Of a stretch of DNA of 62,702 nt, positions 47,177 to 55,126 are shown in pieces. This DNA comes from an uncultured Candidatus Saccharibacteria bacterium. GTDB lineage: Bacteria > Patescibacteriota > Minisyncoccia > Phycocordibacterales > UBA1006. Location: contig CAYGJA010000002.1 of the NCBI GenBank assembly GCA_964350165.1, positions 1 through 62,702 on the forward strand. The letters run 5' to 3'. The position numbers were made by a program, and so were the translations under genes. A model generated the notes under the pieces. The model worked only from the letters and a program-made list of their open reading frames with translations. It ran no database searches and was not told where the DNA came from. The first letter of the stretch is position 1, and every line of letters starts with the position of its first letter.

Positions 47177-47455
47177 CTAGGCTTCTTTGGTTTTGAGACC
47201 GAGGTCCTTGGTGACCTTTTCGTAGAGTTTTCGGTCAGATTCCATAAGGGTCAAAAGCAACTTGCGACGTCTGGTCACCATCCCCATTAGTCCACGTCGA
47301 GAATGTTTATCTTTTTTGTGGGTTTGGAGATGAGAGGCAAGTTCGTCGATTTGTTGAGAAAGCAAGGCAATAGTTACGGGCAATGAACCAGTGTCCACGT
47401 CGCTTTTCCCGTGCTTTTTAATCGTCTTTGCTTTTGCTGCTTTTGTAATTGGCAT
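47177..47455 (-). CDS. rpsO: 30S ribosomal protein S15
   Basis: DTGS, HLQTHKKDKHSRRGL..MV.RRRKLL. Confidence 0.96.
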   Translation of the reverse strand: MPITKAAKAKTIKKHGKSDVDTGSLPVTIALLSQQIDELASHLQTHKKDKHSRRGLMGMVTRRRKLLLTLMESDRKLYEKVTKDLGLKTKEA

Positions 47456-47539
47456 GGGCCAAAGTTATCATGTTTTTTGTTTTGATGCAAGCAACAAAAA
47501 GCTTTTTCCTTGTAACTACTCCGGTATACTGTTTGTATC

Positions 47540-48481
47540 ATGTCTTCTGATGCTCGCGCGCTCAAAACCGAATTTTTGGAATACCTGGAAATCGAAAAAG
47601 GGCTTTCGTTGCGCACGGTCGAGAACTACGACCGTTATCTAGAACGTTTTTTTGATGAAATGAATATCACCAAGATTTCCAAGATTACCGACGAATCAGT
47701 ACGCAAATTCCGCTTGTACCTCAATCGCCAGCCCGGAGCCAAAGCCAAAGGGCAAATAGCCGGCACGCTCAAGAAAAAGACCCAGAACTATCACCTGATT
47801 GCTCTGCGGGTATTCCTCAAATACCTAATCAAGCGCGGCTATGAGGTCCTGGCCCCTGACCGTATCGAACTGGCCAAAGTCTCGGACCGGAGCCTGGATT
47901 TGATTACCAGCCAGGAACTCAATCGCCTGATGTCTGTGTCAGACACGGGCAAATTGGTCGGAGCCCGTAATCAGGCTATGCTCGAAATGCTGTTTTCGAC
48001 CGGTCTGCGTGTGTCGGAACTGTGCAGCCTCAACCGAGACCTCGATCTGGACCAGGATGAATTGACCGTGCGCGGCAAGGGTGACAAGGTGCGCTTGGTT
48101 TTCCTCTCTCCTGATGCCAAAAAGGCAGTCAAGAATTATCTGGCCAAAAGAAAAGACCTAGAACAGGCCTTGTTTGTCCCGGTTGGTCCCCGGGCAGAAT
48201 CAGATATCGAACGCGGCAACCAGGTCCGCCTGACTCCCCGCTCGATAGAACGTATTATCAAAAAAATGGCCATCGAGGCCGGAATAACCAAAAAAGTCAC
48301 CCCGCATGTTATTCGGCACAGTTTTGCTACTGATTTGTTATCTAATGGGGCCGACATGCGTGCGGTGCAGACCTTGCTGGGCCATGCCAACATCACAACC
48401 ACGCAGGTGTATACCCATGTGACCGACCGTAGATTGAAAGAAGTCCACCAGATGTTCCACGGGAAACGAAAAAAGGAGTGA
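47540..48481 (+). CDS. XerC/XerD-family tyrosine recombinase
   Basis: SAM-like N-terminus; TGLRVSEL, GKGDK, HVIRHSFAT, LGH, TQVYTH catalytic set. Confidence 0.9.
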   Translation: MSSDARALKTEFLEYLEIEKGLSLRTVENYDRYLERFFDEMNITKISKITDESVRKFRLYLNRQPGAKAKGQIAGTLKKKTQNYHLIALRVFLKYLIKRGYEVLAPDRIELAKVSDRSLDLITSQELNRLMSVSDTGKLVGARNQAMLEMLFSTGLRVSELCSLNRDLDLDQDELTVRGKGDKVRLVFLSPDAKKAVKNYLAKRKDLEQALFVPVGPRAESDIERGNQVRLTPRSIERIIKKMAIEAGITKKVTPHVIRHSFATDLLSNGADMRAVQTLLGHANITTTQVYTHVTDRRLKEVHQMFHGKRKKE

Positions 48482-48530
48482 GTCAGCTCGTTTTCTGAAT
48501 ACCTGTATTGTGTGTTATTTTTAGGCAGTA

Positions 48531-49307
48531 GTGAAGATTTTTTCTTGGAATGTCAATGGAATACGAGCAATCGAGCGTAAAGGCGCCTGGGCCAATGTCC
48601 TGGCCGAGGACCCAGATGTTATTTGTTTGCAAGAAATAAAGGCCGAAAAAGAGCAGTTGTCGGATGATTTGCAATCCCCTGCTGGTTATGTAGGATTCTT
48701 TCATTCCTCCCAGGAGCGGCGCGGCTATGCTGGGACAGCGATATATTCCAAATGGGAACCCGAGGAGGTTATTTATGGATTGCCGGGTAATCAGGAGCTG
48801 GATCGCCATGGGCGCACCCTGACGGCGGTATTCGCTGATGTGGTGGTGGTGACGGGCTATTTTCCCAATGGCAAGAGCAAAACCTCGAATTTGGACTACA
48901 AACGCGCCTACTATGCCGAATTCCTACGCCACGTAGAGTCCCTGCGGGCCCAGCACGGCGCGGTAGTGATCTGTGGCGACCTCAATGTCGCTCATACCGA
49001 AATAGACCTCGCCAGGCCAAAGGAAAACGCGAATACCATTGGTTTCCTCCCCGAAGAACGCGCCTGGATAGATGGTTATCTAGCTGCCGGTTGGTCGGAT
49101 GTGTGGCGGCTGAATAACCCTGATGTAACCGATGTTTATACGTATTGGGACCAAAAGACCGGCGCCAGGGATAGGAATGTTGGTTGGCGGATTGATTATT
49201 TCCTGGCTACTCCCCCGGCCGTGGCACGTGTAACCAATATCGAGCCGTTGGTGGACTTTATAGGGTCGGATCACTGCCCGCTGGTGCTTGAATTGGCCGA
49301 GGAGTAG
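48531..49307 (+). CDS. xth: Exodeoxyribonuclease III
   Basis: SWNVNG, LQEIK, YFPNG, GDLNVAH, GWRIDY, SDHCP. Confidence 0.95.
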   Translation: MKIFSWNVNGIRAIERKGAWANVLAEDPDVICLQEIKAEKEQLSDDLQSPAGYVGFFHSSQERRGYAGTAIYSKWEPEEVIYGLPGNQELDRHGRTLTAVFADVVVVTGYFPNGKSKTSNLDYKRAYYAEFLRHVESLRAQHGAVVICGDLNVAHTEIDLARPKENANTIGFLPEERAWIDGYLAAGWSDVWRLNNPDVTDVYTYWDQKTGARDRNVGWRIDYFLATPPAVARVTNIEPLVDFIGSDHCPLVLELAEE

Positions 49308-49309
49308 AG

Positions 49310-49338
49310 TTGACAAGACAGTTAAATAGTGCTATAAT
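49310..49338 (+). promoter_or_regulatory. Consensus sigma70 promoter
   Basis: TTGACA-17 bp-TATAAT with extended TG. Confidence 0.85.
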
Positions 49339-49479
49339 GCACCCAGAAAGTACCTTCCTAATCTATTCTTCAATTACGGAGGTTTTTCTTTTGCGTTGGA
49401 ATTTGGTACTGCTTTTTGTCTGAGCTTGGCTCGGACCTGGGGCTGTATCAAATTCCATCAATCTTATTAAAGAAGCAAA

Positions 49480-50574
49480 ATGAAAAATCTCCGATTTAAA
49501 ATCGCGAGTGTGATGTTGATGCTGGCCCTCTTTTGCGGCCTCCAGCTGAACGCTCAGGACACTGCTTTTGTGTCCAAAACCTTTACTCTACAGCAGCTGC
49601 CCGGCGCTTCGCCAATGCAGGCAATGCTGGATGACTCCCTTTTGGGTTACTACCCGGCAGATGCCAATCGTCGCCTCGCTGAGTTTGTGACTGATCAGCC
49701 TTCAGGCTCCATCTATCGCACACCCCAAGCCGATTGGCTTGATGACGGCCTCTATCCAGCCGGAACTACTGGTGAGACCGAGGTTGTGCTGCGTGTTCCC
49801 CGTGAAGCTTTTACCTTCCAAAAGGACACAGTTAAAGCTGAGGTGGCTGCATTACCTACTCTCTCTACCGACTCAGGTATTTCACCCTGGTGGCTACTCC
49901 TACTTCTCCCTCTACTTCTCCTGTTGATTCCGGTGATGCGCCGTCGTCGGGAACGTTCTGTGCGTACTTTGACTAACGAGGAACCTTACTGGCGGGGCAC
50001 GCCGCAAGGTGGATCAATCAATGACCAGGAGGCGGCCATGAGGTACGCTCAAAATCGAGATCTTTTGAATCGTCGGCCCAGTTCTGCTCGCCGTGTTTAC
50101 ATTCAGGGTAATCCTGTTGTCGGCACTGGTGGTCGCGAAAGACTGATTGCCGAGACGGCTCGCTATAACGTACAGGGCTGGGAAGTAGTCTGGGATGGTA
50201 ATTTTTTCATGCCTCGCAAGAATGAGGTGTATATTGGTATTTGTGCCAATATTATCGACAATCCGACCACTCGGATTGTCGGTGGACAATATTATCTGAC
50301 GGAGCAACCTATCTTTGTGCCTGGCCAAACCATCAACGATATTGGCATACTGGTTGCAAACAAGTTGAGTGAGATGGCTCAGGCGGTAGACGATCTCATA
50401 CTTGACTTAGAGATAATAAAAAAAGTCGTAGATTTGCCAGAATTCCAAAAAACGCCATCATTTGATGGCAGAAGGAATTACTGGTTAGCGGCTGTTGCGG
50501 ACGCTTTGGCTACCCACTTAGAACCAGCACAGATTGTGTTGGCCTCAAAGAAGGCAAAAAAACGTCAAAATTGA
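49480..50574 (+). CDS. Orphan bitopic membrane protein
   Basis: Signal peptide ending LNAQ; central SPWWLLLLLPLLLLLIPVMRRRR TM; own promoter and terminator. Confidence 0.65.
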   Translation: MKNLRFKIASVMLMLALFCGLQLNAQDTAFVSKTFTLQQLPGASPMQAMLDDSLLGYYPADANRRLAEFVTDQPSGSIYRTPQADWLDDGLYPAGTTGETEVVLRVPREAFTFQKDTVKAEVAALPTLSTDSGISPWWLLLLLPLLLLLIPVMRRRRERSVRTLTNEEPYWRGTPQGGSINDQEAAMRYAQNRDLLNRRPSSARRVYIQGNPVVGTGGRERLIAETARYNVQGWEVVWDGNFFMPRKNEVYIGICANIIDNPTTRIVGGQYYLTEQPIFVPGQTINDIGILVANKLSEMAQAVDDLILDLEIIKKVVDLPEFQKTPSFDGRRNYWLAAVADALATHLEPAQIVLASKKAKKRQN

Positions 50575-50590
50575 TGAAGTGTCATCAAAC

Positions 50591-50624
50591 ACAGAGGAAG
50601 ATTATTCTCTCCTCTGTTTTTTTA
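50591..50624 (+). terminator. Intrinsic terminator
   Basis: ACAGAGGA...TCCTCTGT followed by a T-tract. Confidence 0.65.
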
Positions 50625-52091
50625 TTTTACATGGCGGTTTTGGCGGATTTTTTTGACTTCGGCCTGGTCGGCTGATTCTCCCGTCTCTTTTCCCTGTTCG
50701 CCCAGCTTTTGTAGCTCTTCTCTAGGTAGTTCGGCTAGTTCTAGGGCGCGTTTCACGAGAAACTCCTCGGTGTTTTTGGCAGGATCGTCCAGGACTTCCT
50801 CGAGCAAGGCGTGCAATATCCACCCCATTTCCCTGCCAGGCGTCAGGTGTAACTCCTTTATCATATAATCCCCGTTGATTTTGAGCATTTTGACGCTGAT
50901 GGGGTCACGCAGGGCTTCTTCGATCATGGCTTCATATTTGCGTAGTCGATACGGGTCTTCCTTGGGCCTCCCCATGCCAATTCGGTCACAATAGCGGACG
51001 TGCATTAAGTCCCAAATCCTTTCCTCCCCTACGTTCGTAATAATTCGGCGAACAGCAGACAAGGTTATTAATTCCGGATCCGAGAAAAACATATGATAAC
51101 GGACAAGCGTCCAGACGTCATCTAGTGTCTTTTTGGGATAACGGAGTCTTTTAAAAATGTCTTTTACTATTCTGGCTCCTACGACTTCGTGTCCGTAAAA
51201 GGTATAGTCCTTTGTCTTTTTATCAAAACGTCTAGTAGCAGGCTTGCCAATGTCGTGGAATAGGGCCGCAAGTCGCACGTGTAACGGATAGTCCTTGTCT
51301 GCGCCGTGTTGCAGCGAATTGATGAGGTGCGTGTACACATCAAAAATATGGCTTTTGTTTTGTTCCACGTATAACGAATCCAGCAGTTCTGGTGCCACGT
51401 GTACCAACAATTCAGTCAATCGAAGCAATTCGATGCCGTCTTTGGGGTTTTTGGACATGATTATCTTGTTGAATTCGTCCCGAATGCGCTCCTGGGATAC
51501 TTGGGCCAGATGTTTCGCATGTAACATGATGGCTCGTTCGGTGACTGGTTCCAAGGTAAAGCCGAGCTGTACCGAAAAACGCACTGCTCGCAGCAGGCGC
51601 AAGGCGTCCTCGCCAAAACGTTCGTTGGGATCTCCTACTGTCCTTATGATTTTGTCCTCAATGTCTTTTTGTCCTTCGTAAAGGTCAATCAGTCTATCGG
51701 ACATAGGGTCATAGGCCATGGCGTTAACGGTAAAATCGCGTCTTTTTAGGTCTTCTTCGATTGTTTTGGAGAACTTCACCTGGTCTGGGTGGCGGCCATC
51801 GGTATAGCTGGATTCGGAGCGATAGGTGGTGACTTCGATCGTGCGGACCGGTGATTCCAGGGGTTCTTCCTCGAATACCACGGCTACCGTACCAAAGGTG
51901 TTCTCGTAGACGGCTTTGGGAAACAGCGGAATCATTTGCTCCGGAGTGGCGTTGGTGGTGATGTCCCAGTCTTTGGGCTCTACGTTCAGCAACAGGTCTC
52001 GGACTGATCCACCTACGACAAAAGCCTCGTAGCCAGCTGTCTGTAGCACGTGTAACACGGATATTACGTTTTTGGGGATGCTGGTTTGCAT
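50622..52091 (-). CDS. cca: CCA tRNA nucleotidyltransferase with HD domain
   Basis: VGGSVRD, DWDITT, EDLKRRDFTVNAMA, EDALRLLRAVRF, FHDIGKP. Confidence 0.9.
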   Translation of the reverse strand: MQTSIPKNVISVLHVLQTAGYEAFVVGGSVRDLLLNVEPKDWDITTNATPEQMIPLFPKAVYENTFGTVAVVFEEEPLESPVRTIEVTTYRSESSYTDGRHPDQVKFSKTIEEDLKRRDFTVNAMAYDPMSDRLIDLYEGQKDIEDKIIRTVGDPNERFGEDALRLLRAVRFSVQLGFTLEPVTERAIMLHAKHLAQVSQERIRDEFNKIIMSKNPKDGIELLRLTELLVHVAPELLDSLYVEQNKSHIFDVYTHLINSLQHGADKDYPLHVRLAALFHDIGKPATRRFDKKTKDYTFYGHEVVGARIVKDIFKRLRYPKKTLDDVWTLVRYHMFFSDPELITLSAVRRIITNVGEERIWDLMHVRYCDRIGMGRPKEDPYRLRKYEAMIEEALRDPISVKMLKINGDYMIKELHLTPGREMGWILHALLEEVLDDPAKNTEEFLVKRALELAELPREELQKLGEQGKETGESADQAEVKKIRQNRHVK

Positions 52092-52229
52092 TTAGATTCC
52101 GTACAAGCAATTAAAACACAAAACTCTTTAGAAAAAATACGAATCAAGTTCTCTGCTCCCCAGAACCTAGGAAGCAATGGTTCTGGGTCCGCAAGCTTTT
52201 TTATAAAGAGTTTTGTTTAGGTGTTGTGT

Positions 52230-52300
52230 GCTCCCGCCAGGACTCGAACCTGGAACGACGGTTCCGAAGACCGTAATGATATCCATTTCACCACAAGAGC
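52230..52300 (-). tRNA. tRNA-Arg(TCG)
   Basis: GCTCTTG...ACGGT-CT-TCG-GA-ACCGT...GGTTCGAGTCC...CGGGAGC-A; CCA not encoded. Confidence 0.92.
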
Positions 52301-52379
52301 GTGCCCCAAGTATACTTAAAAAGGGCATTTCGGCAACTTGCCGATGGTGGTTAGTTGGTCTATAATTGCTGCACACCGA

Positions 52380-52450
52380 GCGGGTATAGTTAAGTGGTAG
52401 AATACGTCCTTGCCAAGGATGAGACGGGAGTTCGATTCTCCCTACCCGCA
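52380..52450 (+). tRNA. tRNA-Gly(GCC)
   Basis: GCGGGTA...CGTCC-TT-GCC-AA-GGATG...GTTCGATTC...TACCCGC-A. Confidence 0.93.
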
Positions 52451-52460
52451 CTTGTTATGG

Positions 52461-52496
52461 CATTAGGTCCAGAAGCGCTAGCTTTTGGGCCTTTTG
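52461..52496 (+). terminator. tRNA-Gly(GCC) terminator; homologous to 54503-54538
   Basis: AGGTCCAGAAGC-GCTA-GCTTTTGGGCCT-TTTG. Confidence 0.7.
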
Positions 52497-52605
52497 TTTG
52501 GGAGACGATCCTCTTTGCGAGGTTGTTTCTATCTTTACAAGACACACCTTCTATTGCCTGTTAGTAAATAAAAGTCAGGGACAATTTTTGCTAAAAACGA
52601 CGTCC

Positions 52606-52679
52606 TTTTCCACTTTATCCCCCTAGTTATCCCCCATTTGGCGTATAACTGGGGATAACTCTGTGGACGAACGGGATAA
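52606..52679. promoter_or_regulatory. Distal DnaA-box cluster
   Basis: TTTTCCACT 52606, TTATCCCCC 52615 and 52627, TGGGGATAA 52650, TGTGGACGA 52662, ACGGGATAA 52671. Confidence 0.6.
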
Positions 52680-52759
52680 AAGACAGTTTTTTGACTTATA
52701 AACAAGACTTTTGTCTTTTATCTCGCCATGAGCTGGTTGTGCGCTATACTGGTATTCAG

Positions 52760-53140
52760 ATGAAACGCTTTACTTCTCCCACACAAAAGACGGGTGAAAT
52801 TGGCGAAACCGTAGCCGTGCGGTTTTTAGAGAAAAAAGGATTTCAGATCGTAGAAAGGAACTACACAGTGCGTGGTGGTGAGGTGGATATTGTTGCACGT
52901 GAAAACAATCAGTACTTTTTCTGTGAAGTCAAAGCTGTTAATGTTTCACGGCAACGTGAAACATGGCCAGTCTGGCAAAACTTTACCCCGGCCAAATTGC
53001 GACGCTTGCAACAAACCGCTCAGTTATACGCAAAGCAGCGCGGACTTGTTCTAGATCAAATTTCCCTGATGGGAATCACTGTCTATCTGGATCAAGAAAC
53101 ACGTCGCGCCAAATGCGAATTGGTGCCGCTGGTGGGGTAG
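52760..53140 (+). CDS. yraN: YraN (UPF0102) family protein
   Basis: GEIGETVA..FL, IVERNY, GEVDIVA, FCEVK; TATACT 9 nt before the ATG at 52760. Confidence 0.85.
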   Translation: MKRFTSPTQKTGEIGETVAVRFLEKKGFQIVERNYTVRGGEVDIVARENNQYFFCEVKAVNVSRQRETWPVWQNFTPAKLRRLQQTAQLYAKQRGLVLDQISLMGITVYLDQETRRAKCELVPLVG

Positions 53141-53212
53141 TGGAACTTCTTTTTAGGCAGTGTGGGACTAGTTGTTTTTCGTAGGTAAACTTGGTACTAT
53201 CAGACGTGTTAT

Positions 53213-53285
53213 CGGGACGTGGTGTAACGGCTAACATGCTCCGTTTGGGACGGAGTGACTCCGGGTTCGAATCCCGGCGTCCCGA
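53213..53285 (+). tRNA. tRNA-Pro(TGG)
   Basis: CGGGACG...CTCCG-TT-TGG-GA-CGGAG...GGTTCGAATCC...CGTCCCG-A. Confidence 0.93.
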
Positions 53286-53340
53286 CAAAGTTAAGATCTC
53301 TTGGGTTGGTTAATATTGGTCGGTAATCTATAATCTTTGT

Positions 53341-53532
53341 ATGAAGAAGCTACTTATTGTTGGGGTTGTTCTGGCTGCGGTGGGGATCATGTTCTGGATG
53401 GTTCCTCAGGAAGATTCTCCTCGAGAAGATATGACGGCTGGAGTGGGTTTTTTTAACGCGGCGAATTCTGGCGGGGTAGTGAGTAGGCCAGAAACAAAAG
53501 AGGTGTCGACTACGCCGCTTCAGATAAATTAA
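53341..53532 (+). CDS. Small membrane-anchored hypothetical protein
   Basis: N-terminal hydrophobic helix; TATAAT 6 nt before ATG. Confidence 0.5.
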   Translation: MKKLLIVGVVLAAVGIMFWMVPQEDSPREDMTAGVGFFNAANSGGVVSRPETKEVSTTPLQIN

Positions 53533-53541
53533 ATCGATAGT

Positions 53542-54468
53542 ATGATTACCATTTTTCATCGTGCAAAACGGAATAAAGATCTCGAGTTCCGAAAGATAGA
53601 AACCATGCAACCGGGTACTTGGGTGCATGTCGAAAGCCCTACGGCCGATGAGTTGCAGCGACTAGTGGACGAAGCCGGGCTTGATATGGGTATGCTTGCT
53701 GACGCCACCGATCCGTACGAGGTACCGCGAGTAGAAAAAGAAGGGAGGTCAGTGTACATGTTCACCCGGGTGCCCATCAAAGAGGGAAGTGACGTGGAAA
53801 CGGTGCCAGTAACCGTGGTGGTTACGCCGGCAATAATTGTCACCATCTCACAGCGCAAGCTAGACCTTTGGAAGCCATTTGTGACTACGGGTATTGATTT
53901 TTTAACCACGCAACGCACGACGCTTTTCTTTTTGTTTTTTCGAGAAATCAACAAAGAATACCAGAAGTTTTTGACCGGTATTCGCAAAGAAATCCAGCGC
54001 ACCTCGGTCAACCTGGAGCGTATTGCCAACGACGACATCGTGCGGTTCGTGCGGTTCGAGCGGACGTTGAACGAATTCATTAACGCCCTGGTGCCGACTA
54101 ACAATGCCATGAATACTATCCTAGAAGGGAAGCTGTTTCGCTTGTACGAAGACGATAGCGAATTGATCGAGGACTTGTCACTGTCTAATGGGCAGTTGAT
54201 TGCGGCTTGTTCTAATAATCTGAAAACCATTGGGAATGTTCGCAATGCCTATTCGACAATCATGACTAATAATCTGAACCAGACTATCAAGCTGCTAACG
54301 GCCTTGACGATTGTTCTCACCGTGCCAACCATGATCGCGAGTTTTTTTGGAATGAATGTACAGCTGCCTTTTGGGAACACCAACGGAGCAGCTTTTTGGG
54401 TGATCATTGGTACGTCAGCAGCAGCAGCTATTGCTTTTCTGGTCTTTTTCGTGAAAGACAAACGATAA
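53542..54468 (+). CDS. corA: CorA family Mg2+ transporter
   Basis: C-terminal two TM helices with the FFGMN signature. Confidence 0.92.
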   Translation: MITIFHRAKRNKDLEFRKIETMQPGTWVHVESPTADELQRLVDEAGLDMGMLADATDPYEVPRVEKEGRSVYMFTRVPIKEGSDVETVPVTVVVTPAIIVTISQRKLDLWKPFVTTGIDFLTTQRTTLFFLFFREINKEYQKFLTGIRKEIQRTSVNLERIANDDIVRFVRFERTLNEFINALVPTNNAMNTILEGKLFRLYEDDSELIEDLSLSNGQLIAACSNNLKTIGNVRNAYSTIMTNNLNQTIKLLTALTIVLTVPTMIASFFGMNVQLPFGNTNGAAFWVIIGTSAAAAIAFLVFFVKDKR

Positions 54469-54502
54469 GCTACTCTCACTGTCGTCATTTTTCACATATA
54501 AC

Positions 54503-54538
54503 AAAAGGTCCAGAAGCTGTCGCTCCTGGACCTAATGT
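54503..54538 (-). terminator. tRNA-Gly(TCC) terminator; homologous to 52461-52496
   Basis: AGGTCCAGGAGC-GACA-GCTTCTGGACCT-TTTG on the minus strand. Confidence 0.7.
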
Positions 54539-54544
54539 CATATG

Positions 54545-54615
54545 TGCGGGCGGGGAGAATCGAACTCCCATCTTCTGCTTGGAAGGCAGACATTCTACCA
54601 CTAAACTACGCCCGC
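54545..54615 (-). tRNA. tRNA-Gly(TCC)
   Basis: GCGGGCG...TCTGC-CT-TCC-AA-GCAGA...GTTCGATTC...CGCCCGC-A. Confidence 0.93.
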
Positions 54616-54718
54616 AAGTACTGCCATCATAGCAGTCTCGACTATTTTTTTCAATACTATTTGACCCGCGTAAAAGGCCGCACTATGGCGGCCCCTTACG
54701 TGGAATGATGTGTGAAGG

Positions 54719-54991
54719 TTATTTTACGGCGTCCTTCAGAGCCTTGCCAGCTTTGAATTTTGGTACATTCATGGCTTTTACCTCGACAGCTTCGCCTGTG
54801 CGTGGGTTACGCGCAGTACGAGCGGCTCGACGGTTGACTGTGAATTTACCAAAGCCAGCGATATCAACGTCTTCCCCTTTTGCAAGGGTGTCTGCGATTG
54901 CGTCCCAGAACATCTGGACAACACGTTCAGCTTGCGCTTTGGTGGTGTCTAGTTCGTCTTGGAGCATTGCAGCTAGATCTGCTTTTTTCAT
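54719..54991 (-). CDS. hup: HU family DNA-binding protein
   Basis: MKKADL, GFGKF, ARTARNPRTGE, PKFKAGKALKDAV. Confidence 0.95.
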   Translation of the reverse strand: MKKADLAAMLQDELDTTKAQAERVVQMFWDAIADTLAKGEDVDIAGFGKFTVNRRAARTARNPRTGEAVEVKAMNVPKFKAGKALKDAVK

Positions 54992-55126
54992 GTGTGAGTC
55001 CGAACGGTAGGTGAGTACCGACCGGTGAGCTAGACTCATAATGTTTGACGAGACTTCTTCGTGCTAGGCACGGTGAAGAACGTCTAAAAGTATTATATAG
55101 CAACGTTCCAGGCATACCAAGTCAAT

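Noticed and set aside
47147-47187. Palindrome containing GGTGCGAATTA (like the XerC arm of dif) near the Xer recombinase gene
   Set aside because: No XerD-type arm (TTATGTTAAAT-like) after a 6-bp spacer; dif belongs at the terminus; its position right after the rpsO stop fits a terminator
47540-48481. Tyrosine recombinase as a prophage/ICE integrase
   Set aside because: Flanked by rpsO and xth; no phage genes, att direct repeats or adjacent tRNA target
48483-48809. 108-aa minus-strand ORF and the many other short opposite-frame ORFs in the track
   Set aside because: Shadow ORFs overlapping well-supported genes (xth, pilB, dnaA and others) with no recognisable motifs
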